64,000 nt of DNA from Pelomyxa schiedti (GCA_020536535.1 JAHLWZ010000803.1:72527-136526); one strand, 5' to 3'; numbered from the stretch's first letter, positions 1 through 12,576 are shown. Numbers and translations are program-made. Notes: a model not told the origin generated them from the sequence alone.

Positions 1-193
1 GTCTCCACATGATACGTGAGAGGTGTCAAGGTTTAGATTGAAGAGAAGGAGTGCTTGCTTTTGTGCTGGAGTTCTCTAATTTCGGGTGCTTCCTTTCAAA
101 GAGTCTACCATCGTTGTCACACGAGAAGACGGTTCGGTGTCACGGTCATCAATCCAATCCCATAGTAGATGCCAGACTGAAAGGGCTTCATTC

Positions 194-396
194 ATAGATG
201 GAGCATGTCGTTGCTGTTGGCTGCTGGTATCACAATCCACTGATTTCCGTCAGTCGTTCAGGGACATACAGAACATTCATGATCAGATACTCCGCGTCAA
301 GGATTCAGCCACTGTTCCACTGGTTTTTGTTGCAGCACACTGGGGCTGTGTTCCTCGAGGCCAGTGCAAGGACAATGACAAATGTTCACAAAATGC
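194..396 (+). pseudogene. Degenerate Rap/Ras GTPase fragment
   Basis: [31 protein letters not shown] and, in another frame, GAVFLEASARTMTN match the intact Rap at 32879-33525 ([46 protein letters not shown]). The DTAG and NKCD motifs are deleted and the frame is broken. Confidence 0.75.
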
Positions 397-600
397 GGTG
401 CTACATCCCCATTCATTGCATTCCACGACGGTACATATCTATAATTTTCTCTTTCCCAAAGAATTAAGTTCGTTGTTTTCTACCATTTTGATCATCAATG
501 CACTGTGACCGGCACGAAAAAGGAAGGAACACGGCACAAGTACGGGAATCTCCGTTGTTGTTGTATCGTGTTACAGCGTCACTCTTCCATCAAAATTCAA

Positions 601-2460
601 ATGCTTCACTGTGAGGAAGTCGTGATCCACGAAGACAGGTCACATGCGAAGCGCCTCCGGAGATGGGTGCCACTGCAGGAGGGAGGAAAGAGACGCAAGG
701 GCGCTGTGTTGCGGACTTGTGGGATGGTGGTGTTTGTGATGTGCCTGCTGGCTGTCAACTTGTACTTCATTTTCGCGACTGACTTCTTGAACAAGTTCCT
801 GTTCTCTTGCGGGTATTCATGTCTCTCTTCTCTCTAAGAATTGGGGGTGGGTCTTGCATGCCAAACGGTCTTTTGACATATTTGAACAGGAAGAGATGTG
901 ATGGCGTTCCACTGAGAGAGGATGTTGAATCGAGGGACGTTGACCTCGTCATTTCTTGGGTGGATGGGAGTGATCCTGCTTGGCTTACTTTGAAAGAGGT
1001 TTGGCCTTTTGTGTGGATTCTTCCCCCTAAACCATTTTCAATTTCACAGGAATTCCTGCCAGAGAAAACAGATACCAGAGATGCACAGCGACCCAAGAGG
1101 TGGCGCAATAACAACGAAGGCATGTCAATATCTGGCTTTTTCCGAACTTGATTTCATTCGAGAGATTGGTTTCTCACAATTTCCTAAACAGTGTGTTATC
1201 TCCTTCGTTCTGTCAAGCAGTATGCTCCCTGGATTCACCACGTTTGGATTGTTTCTTTAAAGTATCCATTCATATTTCTTCCTTCGTTTGTTTGTCCATT
1301 CAGACTTCCTTTTTTTTTTATAGTCAGATACCGGTGTGCGTGGATACAAGTGCCACAACCTGGATCAGTGTGGTCAATCACTCTGACTTCATGAGAGAAA
1401 TCGATCAACCCAATTTCAGCTCTCACAGCATCGAAGCAAATCTCCACAGAATTCCTGGACTTTCTGAGTTCTTTTTGTGTGTTATTTTTTGTGGCGCAAT
1501 CTCTTATCCACTCCTCTGTCACCTTCAGATATAACAATGACGATATGTTGTTCCTCCAAAGGCTCGAGAAAGAAGACATCTTCACGTGGGATGGAAAGAT
1601 GAGGTTCTATATTTACGGTTGGAAACAACTCCAGCACTTTCTATCGCTTTGGTCTTCACATGTTCACAGTATTTTCTCTTCTTTTTCGTTTATGCAACAT
1701 GACTTTTCCCAAAGCTTATTGTGTCCAAGAAACCGCCAAGGCACTCTTCCGGAGGTTTCTCTCTATATCTGACTCTCAGCTCTTTGCACTTCGCAATCCA
1801 TCTTCCCCATCGCAATCTTACCCACTGATCTCACTCTCTCCCACTCTCGCTCTGAAGGTTTCCGGGAGTGTTCCCACACAAACAGATGCACCAGTCCCTC
1901 GTTATGTCAAAGACTCTTCTTGAGGAAACGTGGAAGCTGTTTCCGGAAGAGATGAACAAGACTTCAATTGCGAAATTCCGTGACATCCACACAGTAATTC
2001 CTCTCACGCTTGCCTTTGAGACTGGTGTGTCCCTCCCCATTTTCCTTCTGGCATTTCCATTGCTCTTTGAGTATTCCTTCCAGAGGATAATGACAAAAAA
2101 AAAAAAAAAAGGCCTCGCGCTCGATTTTGGGCTGAAGGATTACACTGACAAGCAAATTTTGCTGAAACTGGCATGTCTACTCTCTTTGTTCCCCCTGATA
2201 ACTTTTCAAACAGAAGAATAAGGCAAGTGATGAAAACCAATTTGCAATGTTAAACAACGTGCAACCGAAATGGTTGTGTGTGAATGATGACTCCAATCAA
2301 GAGAGTCCTGTCAACTGGCGCCTCGTGGCATTCCTCAGAAAAGAGGTTCACATGGCCTGAAAAGTACAGATCTCTACTCACATCCTCCTAGTTTCCAATT
2401 GCGGGAGAGTGGGAGCCACCATTGTGGGAAGACAAGTGGCTTTCATCCACGACCTTGTAG
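601..2460 (+). CDS. Stealth family phosphotransferase (multi-exon, N-terminal membrane anchor)
   Basis: CR1 DVDLVISWVDGSDPAW; CR2 RWRNNNEVCYLLRSVKQYAPWIHHVWIVS...FSSHSIEANLHRIPGLSEFFLYNNDD; CR3 HQSLVMSK...KFRD; CR4 WLCVNDD...FPIAGEWE. Last intron 2346-2391, stop at 2458-2460. Confidence 0.9.
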
Positions 2461-2568
2461 GTCTGATTGTTGATAAGGTACACAATTGTAAACACATTTC
2501 GAAAGGAAAAATAAAGTTTTTTTGTTTCGGTATCAATCACAACAGACTGAATGTAGTGTGAGTGGGAG

Positions 2569-5500
2569 CTATAAAAGAGCTTTTGGTGCCGGTTTAGTCA
2601 TATCTCGTCTGCGTGGGCTCCTAGGCACATGCCTGATTTTGGAAGATTATTAATCAGTCTATGTTTTAGTTGAACTGGAAGATACCGTGGGTCAGAAGGG
2701 TGGTTTGGGGCTGTGGGTGGTGTGGCTGGTTGCTTGGGAGTTTCCTCACTCTCAGCGGAGCTGTGGGTGTTGTTTTTGTTTTAGAATTAGTATGGGTGTA
2801 ATCTCCGGCCGGAAAAAATCAACTGGTCAGTAACTACTTACTTTTTTGTGTGTGTGGCGAGTTGGTCAGAGTAAGGGAGGGAGAGAGTCCAGGACTGGTT
2901 GTCCAGTGTCTACAAAGAAAAAGCCTGTCAGAAGCGCAGTGATTCGTGTGGATTACCTTGAAGGAGAAGAACGTTGTACGTAGTGCAAGACATTGATGTA
3001 AGGTCTTGGACAGATCCAGTGTGTCTACTTGTCTTTTCTTCTTCTGCTATTTCAACAGTTATATGTGTTTGAGTAAATGAGTTGTTTTTACCTCAAATCC
3101 TTTCCCGGTAAGTGACCAGTGGAAAGTATTGACAAACTGTTTGTATTAGAAAACTAAAGAAATAACAAAATTATATACCTGGTCCACATACTGTAAAATA
3201 GTTTCAAAACCACAAATTCCTCCATGGCTTTGTATGGCTGTGGCAATCAGTGCTTTTTATGTTTTAATTCGAGATGTATTGGTCAGTGATCTAACCTTGC
3301 AGCTGACTTATTGTTGCTGGTTCAAGGTCCAAACTTATTTGTGGTGCTGGCACATGGGGAAGCGACTGATTCGACTGGGGGAAGGGTTGTGAAGGTGTGT
3401 TTTGTGAAACTTTATTATTGGGAGTGGACACAGATGCCCTTCTTTGATGTGCTTGGTGAGGCTGTGGTAATTTTGTTGCCTGCGGGTCTTTGTGATCGGT
3501 TACTGGTGCTGAGGGGGGCAAGGCTTCAACAACTGGTGCATTATTCTCTTGGGGGGGTTCAGCCTTGGTATCAGTTTTCTGATGTGCGGTTGGTTGAGAG
3601 TCTACTGGATCCGCGTTAACGGCAGTCTTTTTCTCTCTGATTTGGTGAGCAGGTGGCTCCCTGTCTTCGTGCATGGGGTCCAGATGCTCGCCTGAAGTGT
3701 TTCTAAGAGGTGGAGGTGCCTGCTGGTCACCTTGCTTATCTGGTAATTTATTTTCTTCTTTGGATGGCTCACTATGTGGTTTCGTTTGGTTTTCTTGAGG
3801 TAAGAGGTCGGTTGGACTTTGAGAAGGTTGTTCATCTTTGGTTTCTATGGAACATGGTACTGCACTCTTCTCTGGTATGGGAATGGCTGTTTGCTCAATG
3901 TTTGAGGGAAGAATGTCAGGTTTATCTACTTTCTCAGAACTTGATTTATCAGTTGAATTTATAGGTGTGTGACTTCTGTCATCGATATCAGAGTTCTCTG
4001 GCCTATCAGTTCTGTGTGATGAACTTGTTTCACAAGCACCACGATCAAGTTGTTCTGCCTTAGACATATTGTAGTCTGGTCTTTCCGTTCGGCTTGTGTA
4101 ATCATGTTTATCTTTGTGCACTGGTGCGCGCTCGCTCTTTTCATTTCGCTGTGGCAAGCTACCTTCACCTTTTTCCAACCTCCCATTATCACTCCTTTCC
4201 CTGTACCCATGGTCATTGATTGCATACGAGCTCTTTTCGCGGCGTGATTGTGTGTATTCATATTTGTCCATTCTCATAGAGTCGGACTTGTCATGCTGTG
4301 GGCTATCCCATTTGTCTTGTCTCTGTGCATACGAGTGTTCAGTTTTATCATATCTTCCATGATCAGAGTACTCTGGATGATTTAAAGTTTCTCCTTTGTC
4401 GAAGTGGTGAATAAAACTGTGTTCATCACTCCGATCATTGTGTGCATAATCAGACTTTTCTGGTCTTGCATATGAATCAGATCTGTGCTGACGGTGGGGA
4501 GGTTTTTCTGCTCGTGAATATCTATCAGACCATTGCTGGGGATGAAGGTAATCAGATTTTTCAGATTTTGGATCATAATTCTGTTTACAATCTTGGGACT
4601 TGTGCTGATGCGTTGCTGGTGGCGGCAATTTGGCATGTTTGCTGGACTGTTTCTGTTGTGAACGTTGTTCTACGCTACTGTCGTGTATCTTTTTTGACTG
4701 GTAAGAGTCTGGGGACCTCGACATGAATGAATTTTGGCGCTGGGAATATTGTTCATATTGATCTGGATAATACTCAGAACCCGATCTTTGCTGTGGATAT
4801 TCCTTGGGGTCATAATGAGTGTGCAGAGCTGCCCAGTGAAGTGGGTGGGAGTAAACTTGCTCTTCGGTGTGTTGAGGAGGTGCCATTTGTGCTTGTTGAA
4901 ATGGTATCAGACCAGCCGAACCAATTTGTTTACCATATTCAGACTGGGGAAGTATTCGGCAAACTGGTTGCCTGGACGGAATGTAAAATGGGTGACGTGG
5001 GTATTGGTGGTAAATGTCAGGAGAAAGGGCTCTCTGTACACCAATTGGGAGTGTTTGATTCAAGCTCATCACAGAACTCACTCTTTTGGTATCCTCCATA
5101 TATTGAATGGTTGGGGATAGTGGAGTTGGGAGTAAGGCTGAGTGGTGTGTGAGCTGGTCCACCCGGCCTGAATATGACGGTGGGTGTGCATATGAAGGCG
5201 CGGGAAGAAAATGTTGGGGAGGACCCAAGTGTGAATGTGGGGAAAGACCAACATTCAAGCGAGAAGATGAGCCCTTTGGTGGGTTCTGAGGATGTGGGAG
5301 AAGTGGCGATGAAACTCTCTGAGTTTGATTGAAGGAATAAGGTGTGTCTTGGTCCCCATGTGCCTTGGTGTGCATGAGGTGGTCGGGTGTTGGTGAGCGA
5401 GATAAGGTGCATTTAGGGATATCTCTTGGAGAATCTCGATAGATTTCTCTGGTGCTGTCCCTAGGTGCATCCCGCAACCCATCTCTTTCTCTTGGTAAAT

Positions 5501-8500
5501 CTCTGTCTCTTACTGCGCCTCTATCTCGTTCCCTATCTCTATCTCGGTCTCTATCCCTGTCTCGGTCTCTATCCCGATCTCTGTCTCTGTCTCTATCTCG
5601 ATCTCGGTCTCTGTCTCTGTCTCTTAGAGGATCTCTGTCTCTGTCTCTTGGAGTATCTCTGTCACGGTCTCTTGGAAGATCTCTATCTCGTGGAGAATCT
5701 CTATAATAGGGTCCAGTGTGCGTATAGAGATGTGGGGGGCTAGGAGGAGACTTGTGGGAAGGAGGGGATGTGAGTTTGCTATGGGTACTTGTTTGTGACG
5801 AAGCCATTGTGGGTGATGAAGGACGGGGGTGAAGTTGGGTATTTGATGAAGGAAATTGCGCGTGAGAAGGAGACAGTGGGGATGACGAGCGAGTTGGTGA
5901 TGATGAATGAACACTGGGAGAATGCCGTGTTAGGGGAGAAGGGCTGCGTTTGCGGCGAGGCGATGTCGAACGCTGGAGAGGATGATCACTCAACAAAGGT
6001 CGATGTGGGGACCGTGAGTTGGAATTTCTCCCATAAGCTTGTGATAGTTTACCTGGTGAGTGTGAGCGCTTTGACATGGAGTGCTGCCTTCTTGATATTG
6101 GTGAGCGTGGCCGCTTACAAGGTAAAAGTGGAGGGCTTTCCAGTGAAGTGGGTGGCGGGTGATCTCCAGGTTGCTGGGCTTCTCGGGACGTTTCTGGTGT
6201 GGCTAGCATATGTGAATCTGAGCTTCGAGGTGATAAACTTTGTAAATTTGGAGGAGAATCGTGCCCTTCTATGGCAAGAGTCTTGGAAGTTGTGGTAGTT
6301 TGGGGAGATTCTTGAAGCTGAGGCGAGGAGGCATGTTCTGTACTCGAGGGAACTTGTGCAGCTGTCTGCTCGTGGTTACTATCATTTTCATCACCAGGAG
6401 AGCTGGATTGTCCAGTATTTGGTTGCAAACTCGATTGCATAACAGAAGGTTCGCCTGTTGTCCCTTGAGTGTGGTGATCTGTGGTTTCAGGTGTGGACAA
6501 TGGTATGCCAGGCTCGATTTCAGGCTTAATGGATTCGGGTTTTGCCTTGGAAACAGTAGAAGCGGGTACTACTAGGTCAGTTTGTGGCACAATTTGAGAT
6601 AAAGCTGGAATGTTTTGAACTGCCGTCTCCGGCTGTGAAGTGGATTTCATGCTATCATCTGAGCTCTTCAAATTTTTATCTGAAGAAACTTAGTAATTAC
6701 TGTTAATAGAGGATTCACACATTTATCTATCTGTGTCCCTGTAGGAGATTCAGTAGGTGGAGCCTGTGACTCGGGGGCTGGAAGGGAAAGGCTATCAGAT
6801 GGTGCACAGAGGGGAAGACGTTCTTGGTCTGTGTTGTGTTTTACAGATGAAGATTGAGGTTGTGTCTCAGTAGCCATTGCAGGGGGATCCACATTTGAGG
6901 TATCTTCTCTGTTTTTAGTTATCTTGGCCTGTTTCACTTCTTGTTGCTTTATATTGGCTTCCTCCGAACTTGCACCTCTTTCATTGTCCCCCTTTACTTT
7001 AGGGTGGTCTTCACTGGGATTATCTACATTCTCCTCGCTTCTCTCCTCCGTATCGCTCTCACTTGATGAGGAAGAATCATAGCTATTGTCGCTGCTTGCA
7101 ACCTCACTAAGTGGGCTCCTGGGGGAATCAGAATCACTACTTTTTTCAGATTGATTATCAGCAGAGTCAGAGTCAGAATCAACAAGACGTCTCCTTCGTA
7201 CTAAAAAGATTAATAAAGTCTGGAGGTACTGTATGTGGCATACAGGGTTGTGATGATTCAGAGGCCTTGATATGTGATTGCCGTGGTAAAGTAGCCTTGG
7301 CCGACTTCGAATCTGACGGTGTCTCAGGGTGAGTTGAATTGTGCTTGTTGGTAGTTTGTGTGGATGGGGGATGACGAGAAGGTGCAGTGGTAGATGCAGA
7401 TGTCTCTGAGGTGCGTGCAGAAACTTTTGCAGGGTGATTTGTTGACTCTGAAGTAGTTGTTGTGGGAAGTACTGTCAACACTGGGAGAGTGTTAAGTGCT
7501 GAGTCTGGTGTGTTTGGTTGCTTTATCTCGGTTGAGGTGGCTGTTTGAGTTGCCTGTGGTTGGGATGAAAGGGGCATAGAAGAGTCACTCTCTGTCGGCT
7601 GTGTTTCTTGTTCTTTGATGAAAGCAGGGATTTGAACTGGATCATTTGGTAAAGTATTACCTATAATGTTGCTTGTCCTTGTTTGTTCTGATGGCAGACA
7701 TTGCTCTTGCCGTGATGTAGAGTTTGAATTTGTGTCTGTTGAGGGTAACTGTTCAATAGGGTTGTGAGGAGTAGGTTGTGAGGATGAGTTGGAAACTGTA
7801 TGGGACGAAGAAGGAACTGGGTGCGGAACAGTATGAGAAGCATATTGATCTTTCAATCTCTTCTTGGGTGGTGGAGTTGGAGTTGTTGCAGGGCGGCTGG
7901 GGTTGGTTGGGCCATCATTGTGGCTCTGTGCAGTACTACTTATTGTAGGGGCGAGTGCATCCGTTGTCTGTACTTCGTGAGACGTTTCAGATGGTGCTGG
8001 AGGTGAAATTTTGATTACTGTTGGTGAGGTTGACGTGTGTGGTTGATTTTTTTGGTCACTAACTGCGCAAGTGACTGTTATATCCTTTTGAGTATGCTGT
8101 TGAACTTGTGTTGTGGAGACAGAGACTTTGGGCTTCATGGGTGAAATAGTTGAATTAGTTGTATTTGCTTTCTGTTGTCTGTAATGAGGAAGATGTGGAA
8201 ATGGCGGTCGTTTCGGTTGTTCACTTGGGGGAGTGATCTCGTGAGTATTATTACTTGCTGACGGCGTTGCACTTGGTTGTGCTGGTCTATGTGGTATGTG
8301 CTTTTGAGTGAGTGGCGGTGTTGTGGGGGGATCGTCAGTTTCTCGGTTCGACGATACTTGGCGAGTTGAATGAGACAACGAAACAGAAACTGTGGGAGGG
8401 TTTATCTGCAAAATATTGGAATTGTTGGTATGAGAGAAATATGGACCTTGATGCGTTTTGGCAGGCGAGGGTTGTCAACTTCTTTCGGGCTATCCTGAAC

Positions 8501-9478
8501 CTTAGTATTTTTTGTCGTGCTTGATGCATTATTGTTACTAGTGTCTGTACACAGGTCGCTTGCCTCATGTGTGGATGGGCTTGGGGTAGAAGGACTGGAT
8601 GGTGACTCCTGAGCGGGTCTCTGTCTTAGGTAAATCAGACTGACCACATCCAACACTGAATAAAATAATGGATTTATACCGATTTAGTATCAAGAAGAGC
8701 AGTGCCCCGAGGACTGATTTTCCACCACCCTGGATATTTCTCGTGTGGCTGAAGACGTTTTAGTTGCAGGAATGGACAACGATGTGGAGACGCACAAGAA
8801 ACAATGCAAAATCGCCTGAACAGGAGTCTTGCAAGCAACTTAGCAGGATCTTACTGAGGGAATGTGCTCTTGCAGGAACGACCATATCATATTTTTCGGA
8901 CCATTTCTATTGTAAATTACCAGCTGAGAGAGAAAAAGTAAAGAGAGACCTTCAACACCAAAGAGCTGATTAGGGAAAGTGGTGCCCCTCCAGAGCAATG
9001 TCTCAACGCTTTGAGTGTCAACCCTTCAAAAAGTAAATACAAGGCATAGAAGGTCTACTTTATATAAATAAAGTGTGGTGGCGCCACTTCGTATATCAAG
9101 AAAAAAAAAAAAAAAAAAAGGGTTGGATAACGCACGTTGGACATGTGTTAGTGTGTGCCTATTACTGTTACTATGAGCCTTATTGTTGCTGTTCGATGCC
9201 AGCTGTTTGTTGGTGTTGGCAGTGGAGTTGTTTACAACAACAACAACAGGGGGAATACGCGAAGTCACGCTGTGAGGCGGTGACGACGACGACGTGGATT
9301 GGGACGGCGTTGTGGTCGTTTGTTGCTGTGTGGGGTGGGACTGTGATTGTTGTTGCTGTTGTTGTTGCTGCTGATGGGGTTTGGGGCTCGAAGAGGGGTT
9401 CCAGGAGTCGCGGTAGTGGGACAACATTATGGGACGCAACGACCTGGGGCTGCGCTCCACAAGCGGTTTGGTCCTCAT
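2569..9478 (-). CDS. Very large S/P/T/Q-rich disordered protein with an RD repeat and probable N- and C-terminal winged-helix-like domains (multi-exon)
   Basis: Long ORFs 7179-8411 and 3291-6671 join through short introns. The C-terminal exons read LIATAIQSHGGICGFETILQYVDQF...DLSKTLHQCLALRTTFFSFKTLDNQSWTL. The N-terminal exons include LTHVQR...HEKYPGWWKI. The start codon is approximate. Confidence 0.6.
5505..5700 (-). repeat. Coding (RD)n dipeptide repeat
   Basis: Degenerate (tctctg/tctcgg/tctcta)n on the + strand encodes RDRDRD... within ORF 3291-6671. Confidence 0.9.
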
Positions 9479-9938
9479 GGCTATGGGTTTTTTTTTCCTT
9501 CTGATCTTCACCAGCAATCAATCTGGAATATTCCGTGCAGGTGTCAGTTACCTGGCGAGCGAGAAGTGCCATTGTTACTTGGACTTATGAACAGCAAATC
9601 GTTGATGCGGAGTTCTCAAGTACAAGTACAGTTCCCTGGAACCGAGCCGCGATTTCCAATTACACGAACGGTCAGGCTGGTTTTTGATTTTTTTTTCCCT
9701 AACCAGGGCAACGTTTTTGTGGTACCAGTACTGGTGTTCCTTGAATTTGTTGTTGTCCATTGTTCCATTTTCTTTCCAGGATCAAACATCAGCTCAACGA
9801 CTTCCCAAACTGAAAGATGGTCCTGTGCCTTATTCTTCATAAGAGTACCAATTTGCATTGTGAAACAAAATTTGCATTCAAATGGAGTCGAAGCTGGTTG
9901 TGAGCGTTGAAGCTGACAACGTCGTTGTCATAACAACA

Positions 9939-11286
9939 ATGGAAGACTTGTCCAACAAAAAGAAAGCGGAGGAGGAGGCGGAGCGTTGGGGATCATCACT
10001 AGTGTCACATGAACTGTGGAACCAATGTGAAACAAAATTCCAGTCAATGATGGCGAACTCAAAGGATCCAGGTTGAGTAGTTGGTTGGGTGCTTTTGTTG
10101 TGTTTTTCTGAGTGTGTTTCTTACGTTTCACCTAGAATCAAAGACTGTGAGAAGGCAGGATGTGAGGAAGCAATGGGCAGAGGATCATCCCACATTCTCA
10201 CCTTTTGAGATAGCATCGGCTGAGACAAAGGCTGGAATGATAGGGAACAAGGTCAGCATGTTGCAGTTTGCGATGGGCTCCTTGTTGCTTTCAAACCAAT
10301 GTCCAACGTTTTGCACTGCCAGACAGTATATGGAAAGGTGTGTCCGTTTCTTTCTGGGGTGATAAAGCCAGTAATAGTTTACAGTGGGTTTGAAGGCTCG
10401 TCTAAAATGATGGCTTGTTGTCAAGGAAGATCAGAATTCAGATTATTCATCACGTGCCTGTTTTTGAACCTATTTCTTGCTGTGAGAGTTTCATAACTTT
10501 AGACGTGTCTAATTGGTAGAAAGGTGGGATCTGTTTCCTACAGTATCAGTGGTATTCTCTCCTTTGGAACCCTGGTCATTGGGATTCTGATATTTTGGGA
10601 ATATAAATCAGCACCGTTCCTGTGGAAAAATGAGCTCCTATCTGGTACGCACCCAAGAGAAATACAAACCCTAAGGGTACTTTAGGAGCGATTCTGATTT
10701 TTGCGTGTTTGGGCCTTGTGTGCGCTCTGATAGGGGTGCTTTATGGGTATTTTCTGGACATTGAAGATGTGTTTTGGTGGTATAGGCTTTGGCCAATCAG
10801 TGCGACATTCCAAATGATCTATCTTGGCTTGAGCTCCTTTTTCCTTATTCACTGCTGCGTTTTGCTTTACTCTTTTTCTCCTTCAATTCAGATCCCCATA
10901 CCACAGGTGACTTACCTATTCCCCCCCTTTTTTTTTTTTTTGCTGTTGTTGCTTTCTTACTGTGATAGGTAACTCTTGTGACATTCACTATCGCCACTGC
11001 TTGGAGTCTTTTGGTACTAAACTCAATTGCATGGGTTGCTTCAATTATCCTGGCAATAGCTCTCCCAGACTGGCACATCCTCCCAATTGCCATTGTTTTT
11101 CTATGCGGTGCTATGTTTATTGTCACCTCATTGTCTCTCTTTGCGGTTGCCTACCAAACTGGATACCCCAAGACTATGTCAATGATTGGTATTGTGACAG
11201 CCACTACCACATTGATTGGGGCTATTGGCTTCATTGTTGTCTTGTTTTTCACTGGGCATGTAATTCGACCAGATCCCTGCAACTGA
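9939..11286 (+). CDS. Uncharacterised polytopic membrane protein, paralog A (multi-exon)
   Basis: Soluble N-terminus (SLVSHELWNQCETKF; GSLLLSNQCPTFC) followed by many hydrophobic segments. Clearly homologous to 59080-60454, with shared intron positions. Confidence 0.8.
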
Positions 11287-11689
11287 AAACTATCAGTGCA
11301 CTGTCAATAAGTTGTAAATTGTGAAACCTGTTTTATTGCATTTGGCTCTAAATTCGCAAGTAAGGAGAAAAACAAAAAGAAAAGGCAAGAAGAAGAAAGA
11401 AATAGACCCTAAAAACAACGAGGAGTCACCAGCTCAAGGTGAGGAAAATGCACCCCTCAAGGAACTCCTAAATGTTGGCGTTGTTAAAGGTAAAGTGGTG
11501 AATAGCCAGTTGTGGGCAGAGCACCCATTCAGAAACCTGTCATATCAAAACAACGTGTTCAGACCCACAGGATAAACGGCCAGCCAAGCTTAGGACAATC
11601 ACCAGTGATTAGCCGAAACTTCCTTTCAATGAACTTCTTTCACCTGTTCTGGCTTCACAAAAAAAAAACATCGTGGCGGGGGGGTTAAG

Positions 11690-12576
11690 ATGAGGACTAG
11701 CAGCGCGCTGGTGGTGGGTTTGTTGGCGATAGTGGTTTGGTGCGCGGAGGCACGTGTGATTGGACAGGGCGCAGACTGTTCGTGGGTTTATGGCAACAAC
11801 ACCGATGGCAGTGCCTACACAGATGGCCAACCCATTGATGTACTGCCCCCACTTTCCCTCCCCCACCTCTCTTTGTTTCGGTTTTTGTTCAATTTACGTT
11901 AAACTTTCGTTTTGTTGTGGTAACAAACTTTTTTTACAGGTTTGTGCAGAAAATGAGGCAGCGGAACTGTGGTATTGGGATTCTGGAAGCACAACCATTA
12001 TTATTATCCCTGGTGAAACTCTGGACAACGTGCCAGCCCACAACATTTCCGAATTTGCCAAGATAAGCTGCAAGCTTGCTGTTGATGCGTTTTACTCCAT
12101 GGATCCAACTCCGGCAGTAATTGTTGTCAGTGGAGGCAACGTGCACCCTGAAGGAACTCCATACAACGAGGCTTGCACTTAATACACCTTTTTTTTTACT
12201 ATAGTAATTCTCACACAGGCATATGAAATGAGAAGATATTTGGTGGAAACCCTGGGTTTCCCTATCGACAAGGTTGTACTGGAGTGTTACGCACGAAATT
12301 CTGTAACAAATTTGAGAAACGTGGGCCGCTTCATGCTGGTTTTAAATATGCAGTTAAATTTGAATCCTCTCACCTCCCAAACAGACCTACAGCTCCACAA
12401 TCTCCTATGTCATTTGCGACAGCCCTCAGTCTCTCACATTCATCAACACAGCCAAGAGGGAGGAAGAGGAACTGGGCTACAGTGTGGGTGAAATGAAACG
12501 TGTGGATGCTACTACTTTCACTTTTGTGCCATCCCCTGATGTAATGACACCCAGTGGTGATTCCAGGGATCCTTGA
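11690..12576 (+). CDS. YdcF/DUF218 (ElyC/SanA-like) protein with signal peptide
   Basis: IVVSGGNVHPEGTPYNEAYEMRRYLVETLGFPIDKVVLECYARNSVTNLRNVGR is the DUF218 SGG/EA/E..A.NS..N pattern. It ends EELGYSVG...DSRDP* and has three introns. Confidence 0.85.

Noticed and set aside
9575-9760. 61-aa ORF upstream of the large minus-strand gene
   Set aside because: No recognisable homology. It cannot be told apart from a 5' exon, uORF or noise without transcripts.
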